Source: Octopus vulgaris
Lineage: Eukaryota
Assembly (NCBI GenBank): GCA_951406725.2
Contig: OX597837.1
Location: 24,304,001 to 24,368,000 of the forward strand
DNA length: 64,000 bases
Direction of reading: 5' to 3'
Shown here: in pieces, positions 13,397 to 26,469 of the stretch
Position numbering within the stretch: the first letter of the stretch is position 1
How the letters are laid out: each line of letters begins with the position of its first letter
The notes under the pieces: generated by a model
Told to the model about the DNA's origin: nothing
Databases searched by the model: none
Seen by the model: the letters and a program-made list of their open reading frames with translations, nothing else
Program-made: the position numbers and the translations under genes

Positions 13397-14026
13397 CTGC
13401 AGCTTTATATAGCTATGGTAAGACCTCACCTGGAATTTGCACCACCGGTCTGGAACCCCTATCTTGCCCAGGATATTAATCGTCTGGAAGCCGTTCAGCG
13501 ACGTGCAACTAAGTGAATACCCTCCATCAAGCATTTGCCATATTCTGAACGTCTTACTTCCCTGGGCATGGACACATTGAAACTCCGACGTCTGGCAGCT
13601 GACTTGGCAGACACCCATAAAATTATTAACCATCTTACAAACAATAACTCTGAGCACCTTTTCAAACTCCATCTGTCTAACACCTGTGGACATGTTTACC
13701 AAGTCAGAAAGCAGCACAGCTCCCATGACTTTAGGGAACATTTCTTCACACTGAGAGTTGCTGAAGCATGGAACAAACTGCCGGCATCAGTTGTTAGTTG
13801 TCGGAGCACTGCATCCTTCAAAACTTCCATGCTTCCTGAGATTCGCCGACACTACACCTGGTTTTCTCCCCTCCATACACACGCAAGCATGTATCTGACT
13901 CATACACTGTTCCCTTCTCAGACATTTGTACATTACTGCATATGCTTTATATGCACTTTTGACAAGTTGTGGTGCACCTGAGCACTGTATACAATAATTT
14001 CATTATTATTATTATTATTATTATTA
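13397..14026 (+). mobile_element. CR1-clade LINE 3' fragment with (ATT)n tail
   Basis: VRPHLEFAPPVWNPY...LEAVQRRATK*...YSERL...FFTLRVAEAWNKLP. Related minus-strand pieces at 14243-14365 and 36853-37200. Confidence 0.9.
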
Positions 14027-14381
14027 TAGAGGTAAAGTCTCAATCTATTGTCAGACTGTTTTTCATTCCACTACATCTCCTGTTTACCCACAGATCATGT
14101 AGGGTATACTGTATGGAGTTTCAGCCCTTTTGTTCCCAACAGAGTGAGCATGGCCATTTCCCCTGATGCTATCAGAGTCCTGTCTTCTTTCCTTCTTATA
14201 AAAATTTTAATCTCCACTAAGTTAACTCTGAGCCCTCTTAAATAATAATGAAATTATTGTATACAGTGCTCAGGTGCACCACAACTTGTCAGAAAGTGCA
14301 TATAAAGTACATGCAGTAATGTAGAAATGTCTGGAAAGTGAACATGCTTGTGTGTGTATGGAGGGTTTTGTTTCCCTAAAT

Positions 14382-14699
14382 CAGTGGTTCCCAACCATTT
14401 TTTACCTATGGACCCCTTTGTTTGCTATTTCATTCAGGTGAAACCCTTAGCCATTCGATGTTTAAAAACTAATTTTACAGATACTTTTTTCTCAAATTTC
14501 CTATTGTGCTATTCCCTCTTTCACTTGCGTAGGTTGAATTATGTAAAATGTCAGAGAAAGACACCAAGCTATTTCTTGCAATACACACATTGAAACCAAA
14601 ACTTTTCATGGACCTTTAAAATAACACTGTGAATCCCCAATTTACTAGTTTGGTAGCATGGACCCTCAGGGGTCATGTGGATTCTGGTTGAGAACCACA
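14382..14699. mobile_element. hAT-like MITE (cagtggttcccaacc...ggttgagaaccacag)
   Basis: TIRs visible, TSD degenerate. Related to 24560-24829. Confidence 0.65.
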
Positions 14700-15211
14700 G
14701 CTCGAAATCTTCCAGTTTCTTCAGTAAGAATTGTATGTATGTGTGTGTGTGTGTGTTTACTCTTTTTTTCTTTACTCTTTTTACTTGTTTCAGTCATTTG
14801 ACTGCGGCCATGCTGGAGCACCGCCTTTAGTCGAGCAAATCGACCCCGGGACTTATTCTTTGTAAGCCCAGTACTTATTCTATCGGTCTCTTTTGCCGAA
14901 CCGCTAAGTGACGGGGACGAAAAAACACCAGCATCGGTTGTCAAGCAATACTAGGGGGACAAACACAGAAACACAAACATATTCACACACACTTATATAT
15001 ATATACATGTATACGACAGGCTTCTTTCAGTTTCCGTCTACTAAATCCACTCACAAGGCTTTGGTCAGCCCGAGGCTATAGTAGAAGACACTTGCCCAAG
15101 GTGCCACGCAGTGGGACTGAACCCGGAACCATGTGGTTGGTTAGCAAGCTACTTACCAAACAGCCACTCCTGCGCCTGTGTGTGTGTGTGTTTATGTATG
15201 TATATATGTAT

Positions 15212-15765
15212 GTCAGGTCACTTTTGAGCGCTACTGGTAACATGTAACCCAGTACAACCGGTTGCATGGTCGGGTCGTCGGCAACTAAACCGGCAAACTC
15301 ACCAGGCTTGCTTGGTGAGGAGGGTGATTATTGGACACCCTGCGGGATGAAAAACAAAACCTGTCAAAGGGCGGAGGAACTATTGAGAGTCAACGGCCAT
15401 CCAATAAATATCTTAAGGCTGTATAATGCGCAGGGACATAGAAATAATCGGACTGAATACCCGATCGCGCAGTTAAACCATTGGGAGTGAAGGTCTCCTA
15501 GCCTTTGTTAGGGCATCCTTCTAGGAGAATGTAACTCAGGTAACTGGGATAACTCCGACATAAACCCTGTGGCTCAGTGGTTACCGATGATGTTGACTTG
15601 TTCTTCTTTTCAGATTAAGGCTGCTGTTGCTTAGTGAGTGGGATTGACTCAGTGCACAGCCTTTCCTCACTTTAAAAAAATCTTCTTGCACAGGCATTGC
15701 ACGATAACAACATTGATTAAGCTTCGTGCAATGGCCATACTCGATAACGAGGGGGCAGCCACCAT
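15212..15765 (+). mobile_element. Probable non-autonomous RTE derivative (5' UTR fused to 3' end)
   Basis: Contains tagcctttgttagggcatccttctaggagaa(g/t)gtaactc, resembling RTE 5' UTRs, and ends cgataacgagggggcagcc; no ORF. Second copy at 49528-49848 ends in (ATC)n. Confidence 0.5.
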
Positions 15766-15821
15766 GTATATATGAGACATTTTGGCCCTGCCCATTGACA
15801 TCACTGATTCAATGTTGATTT

Positions 15822-16208
15822 GTGGAGGCGCAATGGCCCAGTGGTTAGGGCAGCGGACTCGCGGTCGTAGGATCGCGGTTTCGATTCCCAGACCGGGCGT
15901 TGTGAGTGTTTATTGAGCGAAAACACCTAAAGCTCCACGAGGCTCCAGCAGGGGATGGTGGTGATCCCTGCTGTACTCTTTCACCACAACTTTCTCTCAC
16001 TCTTACTTCCTGTTTCTGATGTACCTGTATTTCAAAGGGCCGGCCTTGTCACTCTCTGTGTCACGCTGAATATCCCCAAGAACTACGTTAAGGGTACACG
16101 TGCCTGTGGAGTGCTCAGTCACTTACACGTTAATTTCACGAGCAGGCTGTTCCGTTGATTCGGATCAACCGGAACCCTCGTCGTCGTAACCAACGGAGTG
16201 CTTCCTCC
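15822..16208 (+). mobile_element. tRNA-derived SINE family A, full length with TSD
   Basis: 13-bp TSD tcaatgttgattt at 15809-15821 and 16209-16221. Confidence 0.88.
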
Positions 16209-16779
16209 TCAATGTTGATTTACTTGGCATTATATATTTTTCTTGAGACATTTTGGCCCCATGAAAATTTAGTTCTTATTCTAGTTGATCACAGACTTTC
16301 CCTCATTCTATTTATGCACATGCATTTTCCTTATATGTATATTAAGAGGGGACATGTTTGTAGCAATTCAGGGTCATTTAATACAATTCAACATTTTTCT
16401 CTCTTCTTCTCTGTTTATGTTTATGTGTGTGTGAGCATTCCATATAAAAAGCATTGGTATGGGAGCTGGTGCCATGTAAAAAGCACCCAGTACACTTTGT
16501 AGAGAGGTTGGAATTAGGAAGGGCATCTGGCTGTAGAAACCAAGCCAAAACAGACTATGGCACCTTGTGTGGCACCTGGTGTGGGCCCTGGCCTTGCCAG
16601 TTCCTGTCAAGCCATTGAACCCGTGCCAACATGGAAAGCAGATGTTAAATGTTGATGATGATGATGATGTATGAAAAAAGGGTGAGTATTTATGTCAACT
16701 GGATTCCATAAATAAATAGTAATCTCTCTCACTCACTCTATCTGTATGAGTATATTTCTACATGTGTGTGTGTATGTGT

Positions 16780-17185
16780 ATGTGGCCCAGAAACCTGGAC
16801 GTTATCAAAGAAGCTTGAGAAGCGGTTGGATGGAACCTACACTCGCTTCCTTATGAGAGCTCAAAATCTCTCGTGGAAGCGTCATCCAACCAAAATGCAA
16901 ATATATGGGAAACTACCACCTGTGTCATCTCTTGTGAAAGGTAGGAGAGTCCAGTTTGCTGGACATTGTTGTAGAGCTGAAAACGAGGCAATTTCTACTT
17001 TTCTCCTCTGGAAGCCATCTACTCACAATATCAGAGGGCGCACACTCTCCTACCCTGATGTAATCTCCAGGGATACAGGCATCCAGCAACAGGACCTCCG
17101 TAATGCTATGATGGACCGTGAAGTCTGGCATAGCATGGTAAATTCCATTGTCTCGACCACGGTCGAACAATGATGATGATGATGT
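16780..17185 (+). mobile_element. RTE-type LINE 3' fragment with (GAT)n tail
   Basis: GPETWTLSKKLEKRLDGTYTR...RRVQFAGHCCR...AMMDREVW, then stop and tgatgatgat. Confidence 0.85.
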
Positions 17186-17227
17186 ATACCCCACCAAAAA
17201 ATCGCCAAAACAAGTTCAGCACGTGAG

Positions 17228-17500
17228 ATGAGGGGAGAGGAGAGGTGGTGTGGGATGAGGAGGGGTGTGGGGGGGGGGGAGAGGGACGGGAGGAGGGGAG
17301 GGGAGGGGAATCAGAGGGGGAAGGGGGGGAGGAGGAAGAAGAGGAGGTGAGCCAGAGGAGGGGGTGTCGGAGGAGGAGGACGATGAGGAGGAGGAGCCAG
17401 AGGAGGAAGAGGGGAGGAGGAGCCAGAGGAGGAAGAGGGGAGGTGGAGCCAGAGGAGGAAGCGGGGGAGGGGAGTCAGAGGAGGAGGAGGAGGAGCCAAG
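17228..17500. repeat. Polypurine G/A-rich low-complexity tract (GAG/GGA, agccagaggagga units)
   Basis: Almost all G/A on the + strand, including a long G run at ~17268-17279. Confidence 0.9.
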
Positions 17501-18349
17501 GATTGTTAACATAAAAAGATAATGGTTAAAATATGTAAAAACTGTTTTTATTAAATAAAAACAATAGTTTTCGAGAAGGTTTCAATATATTAGGTTTATA
17601 TATTTAAGTAAACAGAAAAGTAAATAAAAAAAAGAAAGAAAGAAAACAAAAGAAAATATAAGAGGCAGCAGCCGGCAGTAGCATGACCATTCCTCAAAGT
17701 TCCGGAAATGGGTGGCGGAAGGATCTTGCGGATGGTCCATTTACAGGAGCACAAGGTGTTCAGCGTGGAGAAAAGCCAGGCATGTTTCATCCAACAGCAA
17801 TAACAAGAGTATTTTGATCTTGTGGGTCGCTCATGTTGGAAACTGTACAATACTGCTCTGGTAAACAGAACAGACCATTTATCAGCATCTAGCAACAACA
17901 ACAACAACGGCAACAACAACAGCTACAACAACAATGGGTACAACAGCAACAAGAACAACAATGCAATGGCAATTCTGCAACAACAATCATGAATAATTCA
18001 TTAAATGGTTGAGGAAAATTTCATTTTTTTCTTATGATTTAAAATGATTAAAAGAAAAGTACGTGTAACTTACGTGAGGCAATTAATAAACCATAGAATG
18101 AGACAACTAGCGTTGTTGTCGATCAAGCATACCTATCTATAATCAAAGGCAGTCCAACCAGGACCATCCTCTCTTTTCCCCAGGCACAGAACACCAAAAG
18201 TCTGTATTTTCCAATGTGTTCTTTTCCAACATTATAAGTTGCCCTTCAGCCTTTCAGGGTCAATGAATTAAGTACCAGTTGAAGGCTGGGGTTGATGTGA
18301 TCGACTTTCCCCTCCCCTAAAATTTCAGGTTTTGTGTCTATAGTAAAAA

Positions 18350-18631
18350 GGATTATTATTATTATTATTATTATTATCATTATTATTAATATTATTATTA
18401 TTAATGGCTTCCCAGACCCCAGTTGCACCGTCCAACCCATGCCAGCATGGAAAGCGGAGGCTAAACGATGATGATTAATATTATTATTATCATTATTAAT
18501 ATTATTATTATTATCATTATTAATATTATTATTATTATTATTAATATTATTATTATTAATATTATTATTATTTTTAATATTATTATTATTTATATTATTA
18601 TTATTAATATTATCAATATTATTATTATTAT
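18350..18631. repeat. (ATT)n microsatellite with ATTAAT interruptions, containing a short RTE tail
   Basis: Directly visible. Source of the poly-N ORF 18246-18737. Confidence 0.9.
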
Positions 18632-18985
18632 TGAGTGAGAGAGCAGTGCATGCCATCAAAGTGACACTGGGGTAAAATATACGAAGCCCAATATACCCAT
18701 CATGACTACCTGTCTGATAAGGGTACACCAGGCACATGCATCACAACCATATGTGCGCGACATGGTGATCTCATATCAAGATAAACAGCACATAACCTTG
18801 CAGGTGGGGCCCAGTTAGAATTTTCTTCAGGTTGAGTAGCCCATCCCGCTCAAAAGGTCCCTGAATAAGGGTTGTTTAAGGATGTTGAAAGAACCACCCA
18901 TGTTTCCAGAGGTGAATTATTCAAACCCCAAAGAATCCCTCTCAACACATGGCTATGATGCTCCACACTACTTCTGCTCGTGATC

Positions 18986-20264
18986 AGCCATATGCCTTCA
19001 CTTATACTATAAAGATGACAAAACAGTTACAGATTGGACACACAACCATTATGCTTTGTGTTATAGACATTCTCAAGCAGAGCTGACAAACTCAACAACA
19101 ACAACAGTTATTACATTCACAAACATTTATGGTCAAAAGATTATTAACCCTTTAGCATTTAAACTAGCCAAATCAGGCTCAAATATTCTACTGTTTTATG
19201 TTCAAACTGGCAAGATCTGGCCTCTCACACCAATCCTATAATGTCATTCTAAAACAAAACAATTACAACATCATCGAAATCTTGAAGCTACAAGCTACAA
19301 TGCATGGGTAACTCAAAACAGTATTAATGAATGGGCATCATATTTGACAGAGTAATCTGAATGCTAAAGGGTTAAGTTCTGCACAAATATTCAATAGTTG
19401 AAGCTATCATGAAGTTAATACTGCAAAAAAACAAAAAAACAAAAATAAGACCCTTTGATATATAACCCATCAAGAGTATATAAACCTACCACGAGTATAA
19501 ACATCATAGTAGAGATCCATCAGGGTAATCCATTTGGAATACAGCAACCCAGCACATACATTGATATGGAGACAAAAATAAGTTAACACTTCAATAATGA
19601 ACAAAAAATTAAAGCACTCAGCAAAACAAAGCCTTATTTATTTAAGGAACTTTTATTCTCAATATTTGATATAGATGCAATGGAGGTTACCTAGAAAAGG
19701 CAGAGAAAGTGTTGAGGCACAGGGAGAACAAAACAGACTCTCTAAGGAGACGAAATGGATCAAACTAGAAGGTAAGCATGTTGAAACACGGAGATTTTGT
19801 GAAAGGCTGACAACCAGATCCCAATGCTCTGGATTAGCAAGCTGAAGCAAGAATAGAAAGAAGAGAACAGATGGGGAAAAGATGAGATCGAGGAAAAAAA
19901 CAAACAAGGAAACTGCAGTATATTGGTGCAAAATTTTGGTGCAGCACTGTTGAGCAGCAGACTTCTTTTAATTGTTCAAGAATTATCTGCCAAACCCTTG
20001 TTGGTTTCTTCTGCAGTTATGCTGTTTCTTGCTAGAAAAATCATAGGCCGTTGTGTAAGTAACTCACATGAAGCACAATGAGGCAGACTACACAATTCAA
20101 TCACCAACATCTGCGACAACATTTTCGCACAGCATCAAATAGGAGAGAGCATAAGTACCATGCCAGAAAAAAAACTAAAAAATAAAAAAAAAAGCAAAAA
20201 AGAAATATTAATGTTGTCAAATATAAATTTGGTAACAAACATTAAACAAAGGCAACTTCCCTCC

Positions 20265-20295
<31 letters not shown>

Positions 20296-21414
20296 ATTGG
20301 CAGTTTTATAAAGGGAGAAACTCAGATCCTACCTTAGATCAATAGTAAAAAAAAAAATTTCTGGTGTAGAATTTATCAGCGAAGAAAAGATTCCTTGCTA
20401 TGAAATAATGCATCTCTCTAGTATTTAGGTGCATAGGAGTGAGTGTCTATGTGTGTTTTTATTGCTCTGCCTTCATGTATTGAGCACTTTGAATTATGTG
20501 TCAAGGGTTTTAAATACACATATTTATATGTATATATACATGTGTCTGTGTAAAGAAACATACACAAACAAATATACACGCACATATATATAAGAAATTA
20601 AGAAAGGAAAATACGCACACTTACATAGTTTTAATATAATTTTTAATATATCAACCGGTTTCGCTATCGCTATTCATGAATAGCAATAGCAAAACTGGTC
20701 GATATATTAAAAATTATATTAAAAGTGCGTATTTTCCTTTTTTTAATTTCTTATATACAATACAACTCACCATATGGGGATAATCGAAATTCTTCTTTCC
20801 TGCTACTACTATATATATATATATATATATATATACATACATACATATATATACACATATATATATTTCAAATATTTTTAACATTATCAAAAGACAAGTG
20901 AATTGGAAAGTCAGAGTTACACATGATAAGGCAGTGACCAACATTGCAATATCCTCTTGAGTTCAATGTCCAACAAACAATTTCATTCAAATAGACTGGA
21001 AGTAAATCAATACAGAATTCTAAAAGTGTCAACAGGGGCTCAAGGGATTCATAAGCATGAATGCTTACTCCATAAGCAATATTGCTAAAATAGTCGACTA
21101 TACTAAATACTTTACACATTCTCAACATCTACTGAGTCCACTCCAATCTCTCTCAAAAGCAAAAATATCACATGTACAAGTGTCTAAATCAGTGATTCTC
21201 AAGCAATTTTTTTTTTACTTATGGACCCCTCTGATTCCTATTCTAATCAGTTAGACCCTCATAGCTGGTCAATGTTTCAAAAAAAAAAAAATCCTGTTAC
21301 ATTTTTATAATTAAATGTTACAAGAAATTGTACTAAAAAAATTGTTAAAATATTTTGTGTTGTGTAGAATAATAATCCAATTTATTGCACATAAATTTTA
21401 ACAACAAAATTTTA
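18986..21414 (+). repeat. Segmental duplication copy 1 (~2.4 kb), direct repeat of 22384-24782
   Basis: Near-identical from agccatatgccttcacttatactat to aacaacaaaatttta. The ORF track gives near-identical peptides at 19056/22454, 19659/23059 and 20868/24235. Confidence 0.95.
19148..19371. mobile_element. piggyBac-like MITE (TTAA|CCCTTTAGCATT...AATGCTAAAGGG|TTAA)
   Basis: TTAA TSD and CCC-starting TIRs. Related copies at ~22546-22769, 29194-29411, 58197-58415 and 61550-61769. Confidence 0.8.
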
Positions 21415-22383
21415 CAAATATCTTCTTTTCATAAGTTTTGGAATCAAAATCTTCCACCAAACCTTGTCACAATTAATGTTCCTAACACTAGCTTAATGAT
21501 AACTAAGTTATTTTACTAAATCCTTTGATAGATTTTAAATTAATTGAAAGAAACACAGAGCATCTCAAAATAAATACAGTAACAAAGGGTTAATCAGAGA
21601 GGTAAGGGCAAAATGAGATAATGAAATAGTTTGGAAGCATAGGAAAAAGCTGTGAAAGAAATTGAAGAGATTTTATTAAATGTAGTAAAACAAAAGGGAG
21701 TAGTAGAACAACAGAATGGCTGAATGTTCAATTAGGAGAATTGCTGGTTATATTAGTTCACAGAATATTTTCATAGAAACACTGAACTGTTTGCCAAAAA
21801 CAATTCAGATAGTAAAACTGAGCAGAGCCTCAAATAGTTTCCTACACAGTCTCAAAGACTAACAGCCATTATTTAAGACAATTCCTCTGTAACTACACTA
21901 CATCTTCAATATAGTAGCCAAATTCTTTTTAATAAACTCTTTTTTTTTTTTATAAAGATGAAGCAAAATACAATTTTAGTTCAAAATTTTAGGCAATGTA
22001 TTTATAACAAAATACAACCCCAGTTTGGAAACAGCATATCCAACATAATAAGGGTAAAAGGTAAAGATACCCACTTCAGTCATGAATGACCCCGGAGTTG
22101 CACCTAGATAGTTACCCTCTGAGGCACAAGTCCGGGCAAAGTTGTTTATGGAAACCCACAGTCGTCCATGCATACCAGCCTCCTCTCTCTGCACACTGAT
22201 GTTATCCAAGCGAAAAACAAAGGTTGATACAGTTTGGCACCAGTGATGTTGCAACTCATTTCTACAGCTGAGTGAACTGGAGCAACGTGAAATAAAGGGT
22301 CTTGCTGAAGAACACAACACACAGCCTGGCCTGGAAATCGAACTCACTACCTCATGATTGCGAGCCAGGCACTCTAACCACTG

Positions 22384-24782
22384 AGCCATATGCCTTCACT
22401 TATACTATAAAGATGACAAAACAGTTACAGATTGGACACACAACCATTATGCTTTGTGTTATAGACATTCTCAAGCAGAGCTGACATACTCAACAACAAT
22501 AACAGTTATTACATTCACAAGCATTTATGGTCAAAAGATTATTAACCCTTTAGCATTTAAACTAGCCAAATCAGGCTCAAATATTCTACTGTTTTATGTT
22601 CAAACTGGCAAGATCTGGCCTCTCACACCAATCCTATAATGTCATTCTAAAACAAAACAATTACAACATCATCGAAATCTTGAAGCTACAAGCTACAATG
22701 CATGGGTAACTCAAAACAGTATTAATGAATAGGCATCATATTTGACAGAGTAATCTGAATGCTAAAGGGTTAAATTCTGCACAAATATTCAATAGTTGAA
22801 GCTATCATGAAGTTAATACTGCAAAAAAAAACAAAAAAACAAAAATAAGACCCTTTGATATATAACCCATCAAGAGTATATAAACCTACCATGAGTACAA
22901 ACATCATAGTAGAGATCCATCAGGGTAATCCATTTGGAATACAGCAACCCAGCACATACATTGATATGGTGACAAAAAACAGTTAACACTTCAATAATGA
23001 ACAAAAAATTAAAGCACTCAGCAAAACAAAGCCTTATTTATTTAAGGAACTTTTATTCTCAATATTTGATATAGATGCAATGGAGGTTACCTAGAAAAGG
23101 CAGAGAAAGTGTTGAGGCACAGGGAGAACAAAACAGACTCTCTAAGGAGATGAAATGGATCAAACTAGAAGGTAAGCATGTTGAAACACGGAGATTTTGT
23201 GAAAGGCTGACAACCAGATTCCAATGCTCTGGATTAGCAAGCTGAAGCAAGAATAGAAAGAAGAGGACAGATGGGGAAAAGATGAGATCAAGGAAAATAA
23301 CAAACAAGGAAACTGCAGTATATTGGTGCAAAATTTTGGTGCAGCATTGTTGAGCAGCAGACTTCTTTTAATTGTTCAAGAATTATCTGTCAAACCCTTG
23401 TTGGTTTCTTCTGCAGTTATGCTGTTTCTTGCTAGAAAAATCATAGGCAGTTGTGTAAGTAACTCACATGAAGCGCAATGAGGCAGACTACACAATTCAA
23501 TCACCAACATCTGCGACAACATTTTCGCACAGCATCAAATGGGAGAGAGCAAAAGTACCATGTCAGAAAAAAAAAAATAAAAAAAAGCAAAAAATAAATA
23601 TTAATGTTGTCAAATATAAATTTGGTAACAAACATTAAACAAAAGCAACTTCCCTCCCTCTCTCTCTCTCTCTCATTGGCAGTTTTATAAAGGGAGAAAC
23701 TCAGATCCTACCTTAGATCTATAGTGAAAAAAATTTCTGGTGTAGAATTTATCAGCGAAGAAAAGATTCCTTGCTATGAAATAATGCATCTCTTTAGAAT
23801 TTATGTGCATAGGAGTGAGTGTCTATGTGTGTTTTTATTGCTCTTCATTCATGTATTGAGCACTTTGAATTATGTGTCAAGGGTTTTATATACACATATT
23901 TATATGTACATATACATGTGTCTGTGTAAGGAAACATACACAAACAAATATACACGCACATACATACATGCATATATATAAGAAATTAAAAAAGGAAAAT
24001 ATGCACACTTACATAGTTTTAATATAATTTTTAATATATCGACCGGTTTCGCTATCGCTATTCATGAATAGCGATAGCGAAACCGGTCGATATATTAAAA
24101 ATTATATTAAAACTATGTAAGTGTGCGTATTTTCCCTTTTTTATTTCTTATATACATTACAACTCACCAAGTGGGGATAATCGAAATTCTTCTTTCCTGC
24201 TACTACTATATATATATATACATATATATATATTTCAAATATTTTTAACATTATCAAAAGACAAGTGAATTGGAAAGTCAGAGTTACACATGATAAGGCA
24301 GTGACCAACATTGCAATATCCTCTTGAGTTCAACATCCAACAAACAATTTCATCCAAATAGACTGGAAGTAAATCAATGCCGTATTCCAAATGTGTCAAC
24401 AGGGGCTCAAGGGATTCATAAGCATGAATGCTTACTCCATAAGCAATATTGCTAAAATAGTCGACTATACTAAATACTTTACACATTCTCAACATCTACT
24501 GAGTCCACTCCAATCTCTCTCAAAAGCAAAAATATCACTACATGTACAAGTGTCTAAATCAGTGATTCTCAAGCATTTTTTTTTTATTTATGGACCCCTC
24601 TGATTCCTATTCTAATCAGTTAGACCCTCATAGCTGGTCAATGTTTCAAAAAAAAAAATCCCTTTACATTTTTATAATTAAATGTTATAAGATATTGTAC
24701 TAAAAAAAATTGTTAAAATATTTTGTGTTGTGTAGAATAATAATCCAATTTATTGCACATAAATTTTAACAACAAAATTTTA
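22384..24782 (+). repeat. Segmental duplication copy 2 (probable original)
   Basis: Continuous with an intact SINE head on the left and an intact hAT MITE with TSD on the right. Confidence 0.95.
23974..24153. repeat. Spacer-less palindrome (PLE-type inverted terminal fragment) with hammerhead-like motif
   Basis: Centre TTCA|TGAA at 24064/24065; perfect arms 24003-24064 and 24065-24126. Decayed copy at ~20585-20757. Confidence 0.9.
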
Positions 24783-24829
24783 TGTGGACCCCACTCAAAG
24801 GTCATATGGACCCCAGTTGAGGACCACTG
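24560..24829. mobile_element. hAT-like MITE
   Basis: cagtgattctcaa...gttgaggaccactg with perfect 8-bp TSD GTCTAAAT at 24552-24559 and 24830-24837. Confidence 0.85.
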
Positions 24830-25951
24830 GTCTAAATGATACAAAATGAATTTAAACTTGAGCCGTGTCAATTAGTTTGGTGATAATTTCGCCACTCATC
24901 TAATTTGTTATCCAGGACAGCTGTTAGCGAAAGAATTTAGAATTTATATTTTATGAACATTTCACTTCTTACAGTCCCAAAATTTAAAATAGTACTATTA
25001 CAGTGCATCAGTACTGGCCATAAAAGACCATCTAAAATAAAAGAATATTGGGTGTTTTCTTGTGTGTGTTTCTTTTTTTCAAAATTTTTCTAATACAAAC
25101 TATAAACCAAGGAGAAGTGTTTAGAGACAAACAAATGCATATCTATTGCCAATAAGACAACAAGCAAACAATACAATTCTGTTTATTCTGTCTGAAAGGA
25201 ACCAATCAGTTGTTATCAAGGAGTGATTTCTGCTTAAAAACAAATGTCATTTTGCAGATGAATTCAAATAAATACAATTTCTGTTAAATGGAAATTTATG
25301 ATGAATAAATATGGTTTTTTTTTTTGTAAATATACTTCATCTTCAGAGTTGATTGCTTACCATATTCATATATATATATATATACACACACACATATATA
25401 TACACACATACACATATAGAGAGAGAAACCTAGATACACATGTATACACAAGTAGCTATCTATTTACAGACACACACACACACACATGTATGTATGTATG
25501 TATGTATGTATGTATGTATGTATGTATGTATGTATGTATGTATGTATGTATGTATGTACTGTTGTATATATACATGGGGCAAAGGTGATAAAAAATACAT
25601 GGAGAGGAGGTGAGAATAAACAGAGAACTGGTATTGGTTTGATGTTCAGGAGAAGGGAAAAGGAGAGCGAAATGTTTTTAATGTTTCAAGCATTTACTCT
25701 TATTCTGACAGATAGGACAAACACAGAAAGAACAGACAGAAAAGAAAAATTGGACAAAATGAAATGTATGTGTATCCAACAAGTACAGCATGGTGAATGT
25801 GGTTGCGTTAGGAAGAGCATCCAACCATAGAAACCTTACCAAAACAGACAATTGGTACCTGGTGCAGCTCTCTGTCTGGCTTGCTAGCTTCTGTTGAACC
25901 ACCCAACCCAAGCCAGCATGGAAAATGGATATTAAATGATGATGATGATAT

Positions 25952-25985
<34 letters not shown>

Positions 25986-26469
25986 TACATACACATTTTT
26001 ATCTCATACTATTAAAGGCCTTTGAGTTAGAAATTTTCATTCATGTTAGCATAGGGAGGGTTATACCGACATATTTGGTATTTCCTTGGTTTGTTTGTAA
26101 TTGTACAGTGAAGACACATGACAGTGATTAGGGGGTATTTGACTCAGGGTTGTAAGGTTGTGAGTTCAATTCCTGGAGGGGGGTGTTCTTCCCTTGAGCA
26201 AGACACTTTATTTCACATTACTCCAGTTCACTCATCTGGCAAAAATGAGTTGTACCTGCAATTCTAAATGCCAGCCTTGTCACATTCCATCTCATGCTCA
26301 GTCTTCCTGAGAACTACATTAATGGTACATGTATCTTTGGAGTGCTCAGCCATGTTCACAGTAATTTCATGAGCAGGCTGTTCCAGTGAATGGATCAACT
26401 GGAGTGCACATCAACATCACAGTAACCAACAGGGTGCCAGATTTGTAATCGTACAGATGGTCCCAGGGT

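Noticed and set aside
17216-17522. Pro-, Gly- or Glu-rich ORFs
   Set aside because: Low-complexity purine tract open in several frames on both strands, with no splice or homology support.
20868-21128. Duplicated small ORFs as a tandem gene pair (with 24235-24495)
   Set aside because: Similarity is explained by the recent duplication; no recognisable domain or splice framework.
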